From contig NC_043006.1 of NCBI RefSeq assembly GCF_006345805.1, forward strand, positions 85,374,001-85,438,000: DNA of 64,000 bases. Direction: 5' to 3'. Of this stretch, positions 12,168 to 25,900 are shown in pieces; the stretch's first letter is position 1, and the number at the start of each line of letters is the position of its first letter. Position numbers and translations under genes: made by a program. Below the pieces are notes generated by a model. That model had not been told where the DNA came from, did not search any database, and worked only from the letters and a program-made list of their open reading frames with translations. This stretch comes from Octopus sinensis. Its lineage: Eukaryota.

Positions 12168-12890
12168 AGTGGTGAAGTACGACCTTTGAACTTTAGGCCT
12201 CACCAAGGAAATGACTAGTGACCGAGACTTTTGGAAATATGCTGTGCATGAGAAGACTTGGCAAGCCAAATGAGACCATAGCCTCGTGGCCTATGCCAGG
12301 GGCGTAACCAGCCCACTTATGCGTACCTTTTCCTTCTTTGGACACTAAACTCTGCTTGTGAAGACCTGTTGAGGCAAATGAAATCAAAATCAAATTCGAT
12401 GACTGGCATCCTTGCTAGCGGGGTGCAAAGAGCACCATACGAGTGTGATCGTTGACAGAGCGGCTAACCGGCATCCATGTCAGTGGCACATAAAAGGGCA
12501 CCGTTAATCGTTACCAGCATCACCTTACTGGCACTTGTGCCCGTGCTAGTTGGGTGCTAAGAGCACCATGCAAGCATGATTGTTTCCAGAGTGGCTAACT
12601 GGCTTCCATGCTGGTGGGCATGTAAAAGGCACCTGTGCCGGTGGCATGTGTAAAAAGATTTGAGCTAGGCCGTTGCCAGTACTGCCTGATTGGCCCCCCC
12701 CCCGTACCGGTGGCATGTAAAAGTGCCCACTACACTCTCAGAGTGGTTGGTGTTAGGAAGGGCATCCAGCTGTAGAAACTGCCAGATCAAGATTGGAGCC
12801 TGGTGCAGCCATCTGGTTTGCCAGCCCTCAGTCAAAATTGTTCAACCCATGCTAGCATGGAAAGCGGACGTTAGACGATGATGATGATGA
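12168..12890 (+). mobile_element. RTE-clade LINE 3' fragment (end of ORF, 3'UTR, (GAT)n tail)
   Basis: Collinear with 56910-57527; encodes the ..MTSDRD.WKYAV.EKT.QAK* terminus and ends GCATGGAAAGCGGACGTTAGACGATGATGATGATG. Confidence 0.9.
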
Positions 12891-13649
12891 AAACAAAGGC
12901 CCTTAATTTTCTTTTTACCTCACACTTTTTTTTCCCTCTATTTAAACTGGCCATATCCAACCCCAATATTCTACCTTTTTTTAACATTCAAACTGCCTTA
13001 CATTGTCATTCTTAAAATAAGCAATCGCCTCATTGAAACCTCAAAGCTGTGTGATAATGCATAATTAATACAAAATGATATGAATAAATAACCATTACAT
13101 TTTACTGAGTAATCTGAACACTAAAGTGTTAAATATCAATGATTCATCATCTTCACTAGTTTGGCTCAGCTTATTTTGCTTATTTTCCATAATGTTAAGT
13201 CTCTGAAATGTTGATACCTTTGCGTACTGGTGTCTTTCTAAGAAAATATCAGTTTCTAAAATAGCACTGTTGCTGTTCCTGAGGAAGGTTGTATACTTTG
13301 ACAAACATCAGAAATTCACCCACCTCAATAAAAGTGAAAATTATACCAAAGTAAATTGATGTTTGCAAGAGATTTACTACTGTTCTTCTTTTGTCTGAAC
13401 TCAAAGCATACTATTCAATATTGTATAATTTCCATTTACTTTTGTAATTCTACTGCTCTCTTTCTATTATATTAATTTAAAAAAGAATTTGTCATGGTGG
13501 TGAGGATTTCTGCTGGTTGGCCCTCATTCCATTTTCATTTCTGCATTACCACCACCTCACAACATACACATTCATGGTTTTGGAAGTAATAGTTTGTTGG
13601 TCATTTTTGAACAAAACCATACATGGCACCAAATTTAAACTGGCACACT

Positions 13650-14150
13650 CACATTTGACTAGAAACATCAAAGAAACAAGTCATTCCACAAAACCACCTT
13701 TTTGCTCCATTAAGGATCAAGTAACCAACAATACCAAATCCCAGCAAGCTTTTGACAGCATGGGACTGCTTGTTGATCCCTACTTCCTTTGATGATACCA
13801 CATGCAGCAATCTAGGGGATTCAGATCAAGAGCTGGGAGTTACATGTTCACAGTCTTCTCCAGTTTTGCCTGCTATAACTACCCTGTCATCATGTAGGAC
13901 TTGTACCTCATGCCCTTGACTATTACACATCTGACAGTGAATTCACCAACTTGAAAACATTGATCTCCTGGACTTGGTGAGAAAACTCAACCATCCTGAC
14001 ATGGCATCAGATCACCAAGAATGTTTTTCCCTGGCCACTAAAGTCCTTCAGCTTTTTCTGATTCTGAACCATATTCAAGGAGCTGTTGTTGGTAGCTAGA
14101 ATTTTGATGGTAATGGTGTTTTTGTTTCATGTGTCAGATCAGAATCTACC
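13650..14150 (-). pseudogene. Degenerate Tc1/mariner-superfamily transposase fragment
   Basis: The minus strand at ~13795-13840 reads CTCCCAGCTCTTGATCTGAATCCCCTAGATTGCTGCATGTGG, i.e. a degenerate SPDLNPLD-xxW motif. Confidence 0.55.
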
Positions 14151-16339
14151 TTGTTGATGCTGTCTGTATCTGAAATAAAGTTAAAATTTTGTATTACATC
14201 GCCTTAAATATCTGACCTACTAAGACATTCATTGCCAATATAGAATTGGAAGGCATTATCGTAAATTTCACAATCATGGTTTTACATTTAGAATAAAAGT
14301 AGAGTAATGAATGTATTAAGGAAGTATAGAAAAGTACTATGTCCCCTTTTCCAAGTAATTGTTTTAAAAAAAGTGTACTTACTGGCAAGTTCACAATTTT
14401 CTTTCATGCTTTCATTCAAGAATGATCTGGTGGAGTCAAATACTACTATCCTTAACTATATATTCCATATAATTATTTTATACTTGGAAACATGTTTTTT
14501 CTTTTTTTAGAAAATTTAAAGTGTACATTTGCATTGTTTTTTTTCTTTTTCGTGTGTGTGTATTCTATTTATTGACCTACACTAATGAAAGAGGGTAAGA
14601 TTTAAACAGGCAGTGATACATTGGACTTTGTCAGTAATCCAGCTAGCTTGACAATATTCATAGAACTTGAAAAACAATACACAATTGCAGGCTGAATATC
14701 TATAAGATGGTTTTTCTGAGATGTCACGTGTGTATTTGAGCTGGGAACATTGCTGAATCTTATTTTTCATATTCTTTTTTTATTATTATTATTGGATTTC
14801 ATTTGCAAATTTTGGTCAGTTTGCTTTATATCTATGTTAAAAGGTTACATGCAATAGCTGTGTTTCTAATATTTCATTTTTTTTTAAAGATTTTTCAAAC
14901 AGCTAATTTATAGATTATATGGGCTGGTAGTTATTTTAAAATCATAAAGACCTTTGTTTAATTCTATCATTTGTCCTTTACATTTGCTGTTTTTTTTAAA
15001 GATAAATCAGATTTTTAGTGTGAATAGATTTCATACAATAGATGACCTACCTAGTTTTATCTAATGAGCTCTCTTTCAAAACTAGCATTGAGATTCAGTA
15101 TTCTTATCTCCTGCTGGTTTCTATGCCAGAAAAATCAATATTTATTTCATTCAATTCTTTTTGTGCTTAATGCCTCTAGAGGGCTGGATTCTGGAATAGT
15201 ATTTGCCTCATAATCCTCTCATATATATATATATATAGTGTTGATGGCTTGCTCCACCTCTGTTGCTATATCCACCAATAAAATGTAATAATACCATTGA
15301 TTATTTTGGTTTTTTTTTTTTTTCAAAAAATGGAAGAAAAGGTATTTAAGTGTGCAGTCATCAGTCACTTTACAATAATGATTAAAGCTGTTTACCTTGT
15401 TTATCTAAACTTTCAGGGCTTCTGTATCAAAAGTTTTGTTTAGAAGCTAATTTAAAACTTAATTGTCACATTCATCATGGTCAACAATAATCTGACAGAA
15501 CAAGTGAAGATTTATAAGCTGGGCTAAGATTGTATAGTTGCATATTCTTATAGTTAGTTACACTGTCAGACTTAAAAGAAAACAGTCAGTGACCATCACT
15601 GTTTATGCCAGTTGCTGAAAATCTCAGATTGTAAAAGCTACTTAAACTCTTTAGCTTGTAAACTGGCCATATCCAGCCCAAATATTCTGTTTTATGATAG
15701 ATCTGGCTTCTCACACCTATCCTACAATATCATTTTATAATCACATTGAAATCTCTTAAGCTGGAATAATGCTTGATTAATTCAAATTAATTTTTTAAAA
15801 AAAAACTTCCCATAAGTAGCAAATGGCTCAGCTCCTTCAGCATCAAAGAGAAAATGTGGGAAACACATAGTGCATTCGTATTCAAGAAATGTCAAAAATT
15901 TATATTTTTTTTATTGATTTTATCCATTGGAGGAAAGCATATCTTCCAAGGGATTATAGTTGATTATATCAATCCCAGAAGTTTTTGACAACACACACAC
16001 ACACACATAGGTTGTTGGGACTAAATTTGACCATTTGCATAAAAGGAAAAGAAAACAATATCCCATACAATAATAAAAGTATTTTAGCCTTTAGGCATTT
16101 CAACCAGCCATATCCTGCCAAAATATTCTGTGTTTTATGCTTAAAGTGGCCAAATCTGGCCTTTCACAACTACCTCACTCAAAATTACAATATCAAAATC
16201 TTAAAGCTATGAGATAATGCATGATTAATTTAAAACAAAGTGAAATAAGCATTACATTTGAGTATCTGAATGCTAAGGGTTAAAAAGTCAAAAAGTATCA
16301 ACTAGATTATGACTGGGAGATAACAGTTTATTCCTCAGT

Positions 16340-17200
16340 ATCCACCACAGCCTCAAGACAGCTCCAGAAATTGGTGCATGTGTTCCTCATTGTCCCTGAG
16401 ATCTTCAAATACCTCCTGATGTTGCAGGCAGTGCAATTGGTCTTCTTTCTCAGCCACACCCCACACATAGTAATCCATGGAATTACAACTGGGTGGGGTT
16501 AAGAAGCCAGAAATTGGGACTGTTGAAGTCGTGGAAATTCTCCAACAACTACTTCTGACTCTTTGGGAAAGTATACAAAGAGCCAAATCCTACTGCCACA
16601 CACACATGCTCTTCCAGCAACAACCCTCTCCAACTAGATGTTGGGTGGAAGAACATCACCCTCACTGGAGATACCTAAAGACCATCACAGTTTGAGAAAC
16701 TTGGTTTTCATGATACATGGGACATCACATGGATTGTAGTCAAGCCACCTGTTCTGAGTATTGTGCAACTGGTCCTGACAGAAGTTCTTTTCATATGAGA
16801 AGAACCTAATCATCCCCATCTCAACAGGGTACCTTAGCTTATTCTGGAACTTTGCCTTCATCAAGTGATTGTTCTTGGCCTTGTCTATCAGAATTTGTCC
16901 CTTGCACCCCTTGTACAAAAGTCCTTATTCAGGCTCAGCTTCATGGCAGCAACTCCAACATCCATCTCTCATCAAAATCTGGATTCCGTTGCTTGGATCT
17001 TCCATCACTTATTTTTGCAGTCGGTGGATGAATTCCTGCATGTGGATGCAGTCGGAATGCTTGCTGTGTCCTTGAAACATCTTACATAACCTTTACACTG
17101 TTCATTGAGCAGTAGTCATAATGTTGGCATTTTGATAACGCGGATCATCATTATACAGGTAACTTTTCCAGTATTTAGATGGCTTCTAGACCTTCATGTT
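16340..17200 (-). pseudogene. Frameshifted Tc1/mariner-superfamily (DD37D/maT-like) transposase
   Basis: Minus-strand fragments FFS(D>Y)EKNFCQDQLHNTQNRWL..PCDVPCIMKTKF, VMV..ISSEGDVLPP and PPSCNSMDYYVWGVAEK (SPDxNPLDYxVW motif); a possible TIR starts at TAGGTTGTTGGGACTAAATTTG ~16008. Confidence 0.8.
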
Positions 17201-19062
17201 AGCCAATCTTTTCTCAACTACAACTTCAGTCTTTATGCTCTCCAGTGCTGTTTGTTCACCAATACACCAAGCTGTTCCTAAGAAAAAGAAGACAAAAAAA
17301 AAATTGATTTAGCCAGAACTAGCTTCTGTGCTGTTGCTATTCACTAAATTTAACATTCAAGAGGCTACAGTAAAAGACTACTTCCCAAGCACTGCATTTT
17401 TAACCCTACAGCTATAGCTTTTTGGTTCCACACCACTTTCCTGCAAATGTATCAATATTTGCTGAATTTCTTTCACTGCATCTTGTCTTCACCTGTCGAT
17501 CCAGCTCATTAACCTTGGTCTGTGGCTCAAAGGAGTATTTAAAATTAGATGGAGCTTTTATCAAACTAATACACCAATATTTTGCAAACCAAGATCATTC
17601 CTTTTGAACAACTGTAAGGAGTAGTTTTTAAATAATCACACAGTTCAGAAGATGTTTTCTTTGCCTTATACATTACATAGGCTAAGAGGTGATGGACTTG
17701 TCTCCCATTTGTTGGGTTGAAGTCAGTTTTATGAGTTAAGGAAATGTCATTTTTATACCCAGCACCTACTTAGTTGTAAGCTATGCAGCCTTGTAAAAAT
17801 TGCTCTGGCTCATTGAGAGGTAAGTGTATTGGTGATGATAGAAATCACTGGCCCTTCAGTTGCTGTCCACCGACTATCCTGTCAGTGAGTTACAGACTAG
17901 TATAATGTTGCACGAAAAACATTTTTAGAAAGCTGGTGGTAGTCAGCAGATGAAAGTCAGTCCTAAAATGTTAGAATCTTCTTCCCATGGCATCCAAACT
18001 TATCAAAGTTCATAAGCTGAATTCAAAGCTAAGCATTTTCAATAAACGCACACCATCTGCTTTCCCAAGAATCCCCTCTCCCCAATTAAAACCTTGATTT
18101 ATTGTTAGATATTCTTAGGGTCATATGACAACATAAATGCTTGACTGCTAAATGAGCTCTTAAAATCATATGGAGAACAATTATGGCAGTAAATCTATCA
18201 ATGTTACTTTCATCCAAAATGAGCATTTATGATTGTTCAACTTCACCTGAAATCACACCATGCTGTATTTAAAAAGAAAGGAAGGACACTTTCAGTAATG
18301 TAGTCCTAGATGTGTTATACTAAAAAAAACCCAATAGATTTATAAAGTTGAGCACTTTTGATCATTGTTTAGTTTCAAGCTAAGCAACTTAATATCGTCT
18401 AGATTGCTTTACTTATATGTATCCGCATTTACCCAGGATTAATTGAACCAGCTCCAGCCACTGAATCTACAACGTTGTGAACAGAACCAACTATGGTCAG
18501 CAATCATAGATGTGCAATATAGAAATTGTTGGTCAATCATGATTCTAACAGTGGACATTGTAAACAAGGACCAAAAGTTATTTTTAATTTACATGGTTTA
18601 GAAAAACATCAGTTGCTCATATGGTCAGTTATGAGTCAATGCTGGTCTAAAGGTCAGAAATTTAAAAAAGATTTCCAGCATTGTATTATTTGTGCCTTGA
18701 GATGAGGGCATGTGTAACCTGTCTGGAAGTACCTTAAAATGGTTTGTATTCCTATCCAAATTTACAGGATCATTGAACCCATACATGCTTAAAAAATGCT
18801 TGTATAGATATTTTTAAAATACTGTAGTTCTACATAATCTCATTAAATTGTTAAACACAGTCAAGAACATCTGTTTCTGTGCAGAAATTTATTCATGTCT
18901 GCTTTTGATCATTCAACTGCAGCTGTGCCGGACACTACCTACAAAAGTTGGTGTTCAATGTATCAATATTGATTCACCAAAATGGCTATGACTCATTTAA
19001 ATTATGTCTTTTCTGCAAACTTAAAATATAAGGTATACCAATATACAGCTGTGTGTGTGTGT

Positions 19063-19440
19063 ATCTTTTATCTTTTACTTGTTTCAGCCATGCTGGGGCA
19101 TTGCTTTCAAGAACTTTTAGTCAAAGGAATCAATCCCAATACTTATTTTTAAAGCCTGGTACTTCTTCTATTGGTGTATTTTGCCAGGCCTTTGAGTTAT
19201 AAGGACGAAAACACACCAACAGTGGTTCAAGTGGTGGTGGGGGAGAAACACATACATAAAGACACACAACTTTGATATATAAACAAGGGGCTTATTTCAG
19301 TTTCCATTTACCAAATCCATTCGCAAGGCTTTGGTTGGTCTGAGGCTATAGTAGAAGACACCTACCCAAGTTGCCATGCAGTGGGACTGAACTTAGAACC
19401 GTGAGATAGGGGAAGCAAGCTTCTTACCACATATCCTCGC
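19063..19440 (-). mobile_element. SINE family A, near full-length and decayed; followed by an RTE-tail fragment (19440-19520)
   Basis: CAGCCATGCTGGGGCA...GAGGCTATAGTAGAAGACACC..CCCAAG..GCCATGCAGTGGGACTGAAC...GAAGCAAGCTTCTTACCAC. Confidence 0.85.
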
Positions 19441-22400
19441 CATTTAATGTCTGGTTGGACAGTTTAACAGGAACTGGCAAACCAGAGGACTGCACCAAAT
19501 TCTGCTATCTGCTTTGGTATGACATAAATATGTGTGTGAGAAAGAAAAAAAAAGATGGGCTTCTACTCACAAGATATTGACCAAAACAGTGTGATTGAAT
19601 TTGTATGTTGATGGTTGGGTTGTCATTTTGGAAATGTAACTGGTCAGTGCATTGATTTTAAGGTGTTTTCATATTGAAATTGAACTAAAGTCTGGTGCTG
19701 GTAAAGTTTACAAGGGACAATGAATGTACTGCAAAAGTTTGAAAATGTGTTTCCTTTTACTTCGGAATGTATAGCAAGTAAAAGTATGAATAATTAAGTT
19801 GATAGCACTGCTGTGATGTATTCATTGCCAAGAAATTTAGCATTTGACTGCCCAGTTGCAAATATGTACCACTAAGTGGTGTAATCACTGCTTGTAAGCA
19901 TTACCCTGTTCTCTTCTGGCATCTTAAAAAAATGGAGTCGAATCTTGAATGACCATGGAACAAATTGGAAGCAAATTTGATACTTCAACAAATTCTTAGA
20001 TGTATTTGTTTAAAGTAGATATAGTTAATTGAAGAAGCGTGAAATGGAATTCATTGTTAAGTTTCTTATACAAATCTTCCATAGAGCATAGGACATTACT
20101 GTTAACTATATGAAATTAGTTATTGTTTAATACAATTGTAACTTTTCAGACTAGGGACCTCATTGTGGTTGTTTGATCTCTGAATATCATTAGGTGTCTT
20201 ATTTCTTTATATCTACTATATTTTGCTGAGCTAAATACAAACTGCATAATTATTCTTAAACTGATACTCATGTATCTCTGGGTATTGTATAGTGTGTATG
20301 AGCATTCTTAGTATTGATTTAGAAATAAAGATTCCTATTTAAAATTAAGTTTGGTTCTCTGAACACAACCAGACATCTGGTGGTGATTGAAGATAGAAAA
20401 ATTGTGTTGATGAGAATATTTTAAAATGTTTCATCTTTAAAGATAATAGCTAAAGAAATTAGATATAATGAAATTTATATGTATTTTGGAGTTATTCACT
20501 TTGACTTCAAAAATTATAGACCAAAGATTTATGAAGTTTATTGAGCTTAAAAGAAAATAACATTAAATTATCAACCTGTTAAAATTCAGTTAATTAGTAT
20601 ATAATTAACCACGCAACATGTGTATAAGTTCAGAATTCAACTCTTACTGTACAGCAAGTGTCTTCTCTCATAGCCTGAGGTTGACCAATGCTTTGGTAGG
20701 TGGAAATTTTGCAGAAGCCCATAATGTGTATATGTACACATCAGCAATAAAAGCATTAAAACATGTTGCATTTATTCCTTGAGTTACATAGGCATTTTCT
20801 TGTCACTGACTGTTGTGAATCAGTGGTTGGCCTATTTAAACTTATAAAATGATACTATATTGTTCACAATATATGTTACATAGAAATATATAAAGATCCA
20901 ACTGAAAAGTATTGGGTGATAGATACTTCAGCTAATCATTTCTCAGCCATAAAATATTGTACTAGGCTATTGATCCTAATTATGTTTAAATTATTAGGTG
21001 GTTCTGGTAGATGCATAGGAGGCTGATAAGATGGAAATCAATGTTATTTGTGTAAAATTTACAGGGGGAAAATGTCAAGCTCATTGTTAACAGGATACTT
21101 ATTAACATGCGGAAACTAAATTACTGACATTACTATTTGTTATTCATTGTTCCTTAGTCTTTACATAAAACTGTTATTCAGTGGTTTAATTGCTGATTTA
21201 AGTAAGGTAGTCTTTTAAATTGTATTCTCTTGTTTTGTATATAAATTACAGTTATAATTCTTTAGGATTTTACCTAATCTACAATTTAATTCCATTGATT
21301 AAAAAAAGGTTTAAATACTTTTAATCAAATAAAATTTCCTGCACAGATGAATAGGTTTACTTTACATCATTTCTGATGTAAAAAAAAGTAAATTTTTAAT
21401 AGTATAAATATTGTATAAATTTCATATGAAAGCATTTCAATGACAAATTTATTCCAAAACAAATATTAAGAAATAAATCATCCAAATAATAATAATAATA
21501 AAAAAACAATAAAACAGCCATTTATGTGTATCTGAAGTTATGTAAGGATAGGTTTTTTTCCCCAAATATTTACATCATTAGTGTTTTGAAGAGAAATGAC
21601 CTGCTTGAACACTCCTATGATGGCAACTTTTCAAATGAAAGATTAGCTTCAAAATTTACGTAGCAGGATCTGTGAGGTCATATAGCTTTACTATTTTGGT
21701 ACTTAATCTCAACAGCTTAGACTCATCATTATATTAGCATCTCACTCATTTCCAAACAAGGTAATTTTCCCCCATGGTTAGACATTTGTTTGCAGAATAT
21801 TGGAAATGAATAACACAGCTTGTATGACAGTGACTCTCACAAGTATCATGTGATGTAAAGGAAGCACATAAACACACACACACTTACAATGGGCTTCTTT
21901 CAGCTTCCATCTACCAAATCCAGGGCTATAGTAAAAGATACTTGTCCTAGATGCCGTATGGTGAGACTGAACCCAAAACCATGTTTCTGAGAAGGAAATT
22001 TCTTAACCTCACAGCAACACTTGTGCTTATTATTTGTTTTTTACATTTTGCAATTTAGTATTAAACTTAAACGAGTACTTTGTTTATAACATTTACCTGG
22101 AGTAAAAACTGCAACTGTTTACATTTTAGAATATTTAAGGGGTGGGAGTGGAGTGTATCAACAAAATTGAAACATTTGTATCTTACCTTCATCCTTTTAA
22201 TATCCTCCCATGAACCAAATGTAAAATTATGCTGAAAAGACTCTATAGCAATTAAATAGGCATGACATTTAGACTCCATCTTTTTTAGGCTCTTATTCAT
22301 GCACATAGTATACATAATTTAGTTAATTTTGAATTAGCTCCAAAATATTAAGCAAAAATTAGAGCAAATGAAGATGATGAGATAAAGTTAGTGGGTTTTC

Positions 22401-23189
22401 TTGGATATCAGAAATATTGTATACCCTCTACATAATTTGGGTGAAAACAGTAGGAATGACTAATCTTTTTGTAACTTACTCCAAACAGATTTTATAGTTA
22501 CATGTCAACTATTATAAATGTGAATAACATTGCAGTTGGGTTAATAGGGCGCTAGATTTGAACATAAGTTAGGGGTTACTCAGTCCACCACAGTATATGC
22601 ACAAGACTTGTTTTCTGCAAGAGAAACTCTTCGCAAGTTTTCAATGCTTATGGTTTTTCTTATGTTAGCTTGCATTAGTTTATAGAAAATGAATCAAATG
22701 TGCAGAGGATATTATTAAAACTTTTATTGGGATATATTAATGTCGAAGTTCTGATGACTGCTTGCTTACAAAAGAAATGGATGTTTTTTCAAGTAACAAG
22801 TACTACTGGATTGAGAAATGAAGAGTTTTACTATTAAATTTTGAAATTCATTAATCAGTGATTGAAATAGATGTCTTAAAACCTTTACATGAAAAGAGAG
22901 CATTCCTACTTCAATTACCAAAAAAAAAAAAAAAAAAAAAAAAAAGAAGAAATCTACAGGAAGTCATTTTGAGTATTGTTATGTTAAGAATTTTAAAAAA
23001 TATGAAACTACTGTGGATGGCTGCAAGATCTTTTAAGGATAAAAGTATTAGATGTGCTTTTTAAATCTATACGCTTCTCTCTCTAACCCCAAATTTAGAA
23101 TTTTATCACATCTAGGGATAGAAATTTGCATCAATTTGAAGGATTTTTCAATGTTAACTTTCTTGCATTAAAGGACTATATCATTATTT

Positions 23190-23820
23190 TAACACCATTT
23201 TTCCATGCTTGCATGGGTTGAATAAAGTTTCTTGAAGCAAATTTTCTATGACCAGATGCTTTTCCTGTCACCAATCCTCACCTGTTTCCAAGCAATATAA
23301 TATTTGGCTATGGCCAGATGTTTTTACAGAATATTGGAAATGAATGATACTGCTTGTATGACAACTATCATGTGATGTCAAGACACTAACATACACACAC
23401 AGAACAGTCTTCTTTCAGTTTTGTCTATTAAATCCACTCTCAAGGTTTTGTTAACTCAGGGCTAAAGTAGGAGACACCCAAGATGGACTGAACCTGAAAC
23501 CATGTGGTTGGAAAGTAAACTTAACTACACAGCTATGTAAGCACCTAAAATGTCTTACCCTTGGCTTGGCATGTTTTCATGGAAGACTGGAAACAGGGTC
23601 AATGCTTGTGTGACAAGACACTCATTTGTAACTGTCATGTAAAACCTAAACAAGGAAACAAATACTTTCATACATATATACACAACCAAATCTGCTCACA
23701 TGGCTTTGGTTAGACCGACGCTATAGAAGGCACTTACTCAAGAGGCTGTGCATTGGGTGCCAACCCAAAGCCATATGGGTGGGAAGCAAACTTCTTAACC
23801 ACATAGCCATACATGCACCT
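23190..23820 (-). mobile_element. Cluster of decayed RTE-tailed short elements and SINE family A heads
   Basis: TTTCCATGCTTGCATGGGTTG (RTE-like tail) and two ACCATGTGGTTGG..AAACTT..ACCACATAGCC-type heads; similar composite elements at 21770-22030, 40620-40800 and 44268-44410. Confidence 0.65.
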
Positions 23821-24659
23821 AGTATGCGCTTTCCAGATTATTGTTAGCTGATTAGAAAATGGGTTGCTTATGTTAATGTTTTCTTATATATGCAAGGGCA
23901 AACATTTTAAGGAAGCAGTATGACTCCAGTACTTGACTGGTACTTATTTTGACTCCTAAAGACAAAAGCTTAAAGTCTACCATGGCAAGACTTGAACTCA
24001 ACACTTTTCTGAAATGTAATGATGCATCAGTATTATTTTACTTAGCAATTGAATTTAACAGGAACATAAGATTCTTAGATGGTTTTGCAGCTTAAGAAAT
24101 AGTTTACATCAATTTTAATGTCATAATTATCAGTATTTTTAGATAACAAGTGTCTGAGTAAATCATCAACATTAAATGCATATGACATAATGTGTAGTTT
24201 ATTGTGAGCCTCTTAGTTGGTATTCATTTAGCAATGAGTTTATCACAGAATAGGTTGTTGCACATCATCCATCAGATGTATTCCAAGCCAGATCCAGTAG
24301 TAGTAAAACTTGTGGTTGAAACCTAATTGGAGTGTGAAAACTGGTGCATCTTTGTTTTCTCCAGTTGAACAAAGATGAATTCCATGCTGTGAGATTATAT
24401 TTAGATGATAATCAGCAGCCCTCGTAGGGGTGGGGTGAAAAGAAACATAAAAAAAATAAACATCTCGACATCATTTGAAAATTACAGATTGACTTTTTTT
24501 TAAAATTCATATTTTATTTATATTGAATTTGTACCAGAGCATGGAGCATTGGCCTAGATAATGTTTCATACTTGTGTGGTTTGGTGGGTAATGCTAAAAA
24601 GCTAAAAGTGTATAACATAACTCAAATGTCCTACTTGTTACTGCCTCTACCCATTTTCG

Positions 24660-25900
24660 AAATGTGAGTGCAATGCAGACAACCTGGTCCTCTTTGCAGT
24701 ATGAAACTGGGAATTAGATAGGTTTAAAATGCATTCTTTTACTTGAACAGAACAGCCCAAATAAAGGGCTGCTTGTTCTGAAAGGAATTGTACATTGTGG
24801 AGATAGTTCCATCAATACATGCAGGATTTATAATGAAGATTTCAGGTATGCTAATTAGCAATCAAATGTGCTTGTGTGAGAAAAATAGGTGCAGCGATGT
24901 ATTGGTTTTTGCAGAGCAAGATCAAATGAGGTTTTGAAAACTATAGTTTGTAACAAATGGTGTTTTAACATTCATTTAAGCTGAGGGGTTATATAGAGGG
25001 ATGTACAACAGATTTGAAGTATATTCAGGATAAAAAGTTGAAACATGGTTCTTGTGTCCACAGCAAAAGTAAAATTTGTACTTCTGGATATAAACACAAA
25101 TTCAGAAAGAGATTACGGAAAAGCTAGTGTTAGAAGGTAGCAACAACAGTTGAGAAACTTTAGACAAGCTAGATAAGGGCATATGATGTTTGTTGATACT
25201 TCCATTCTATGCTAACATTAGAAAATGGATAACTAAATGATCCATCATTTTCCTTTTTCATGTGCACAAATATTTTCTACAATTATTAGAAAATGTTTTT
25301 ATAACAGTTTTAATCAATTTTAGTTAGAAAAGTGATGAGTTAAACATCTTTACAAACTTTCATCTTGTGTGCAATAGAAAGTCCAATCACAGTATTTTAT
25401 AGTAAATGGTACAATAAATATTTAGAAAGTTTTTCATTCCTGTGGGCCATTGTATTAACATAAATTGTGGATTGGATTACTTGTGCCTTATGTTCCCAAC
25501 TTCCATCCTAGAACCATAAAAGCTATGAGACAAGAATGGGAGAAAGATGATTAGCAAGGAACAATATTGCTTAACAAGAAGAGAAGTCAGGTATACTTAC
25601 TAGCTACCATGTTTCATTAATCAAAGAAATTAGTACAATTTCGGAAACGCTGCTTAAGTCTTCAAGACAGAGACCAATTAAGATTAGGGTATGTCTGAAA
25701 TTAGAGTAGTTTATATGGTTCTTGAAGGAATCCGTGAAAGAACTAGGAAGAAAGTGGGTTTTGTAGAAAGCAAAAACTATGTAATTTGTATTGGATAAAT
25801 ATTAAGGAAAGACATGTAGGTTGGTAAAGTGGAGGTGAAATGCACAGTTGCAGGTTAGAATGCTATGAACCATTATGAAGAGTTTTAATTACATCCTTTT
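24660..25900 (+). mobile_element. Highly decayed LINE (RTE-like) remnant
   Basis: GCAGACAACCTGGTCCTCTTTGCAG reads ADNLVLFA, resembling the RT YADDLVL motif; purine-rich + strand. Confidence 0.35.

Noticed and set aside
17763-17819. Possible exon ending GAG|GTAAGT
   Set aside because: Weak acceptor; about one AGGTAAGT is expected by chance in a window of this size and composition.
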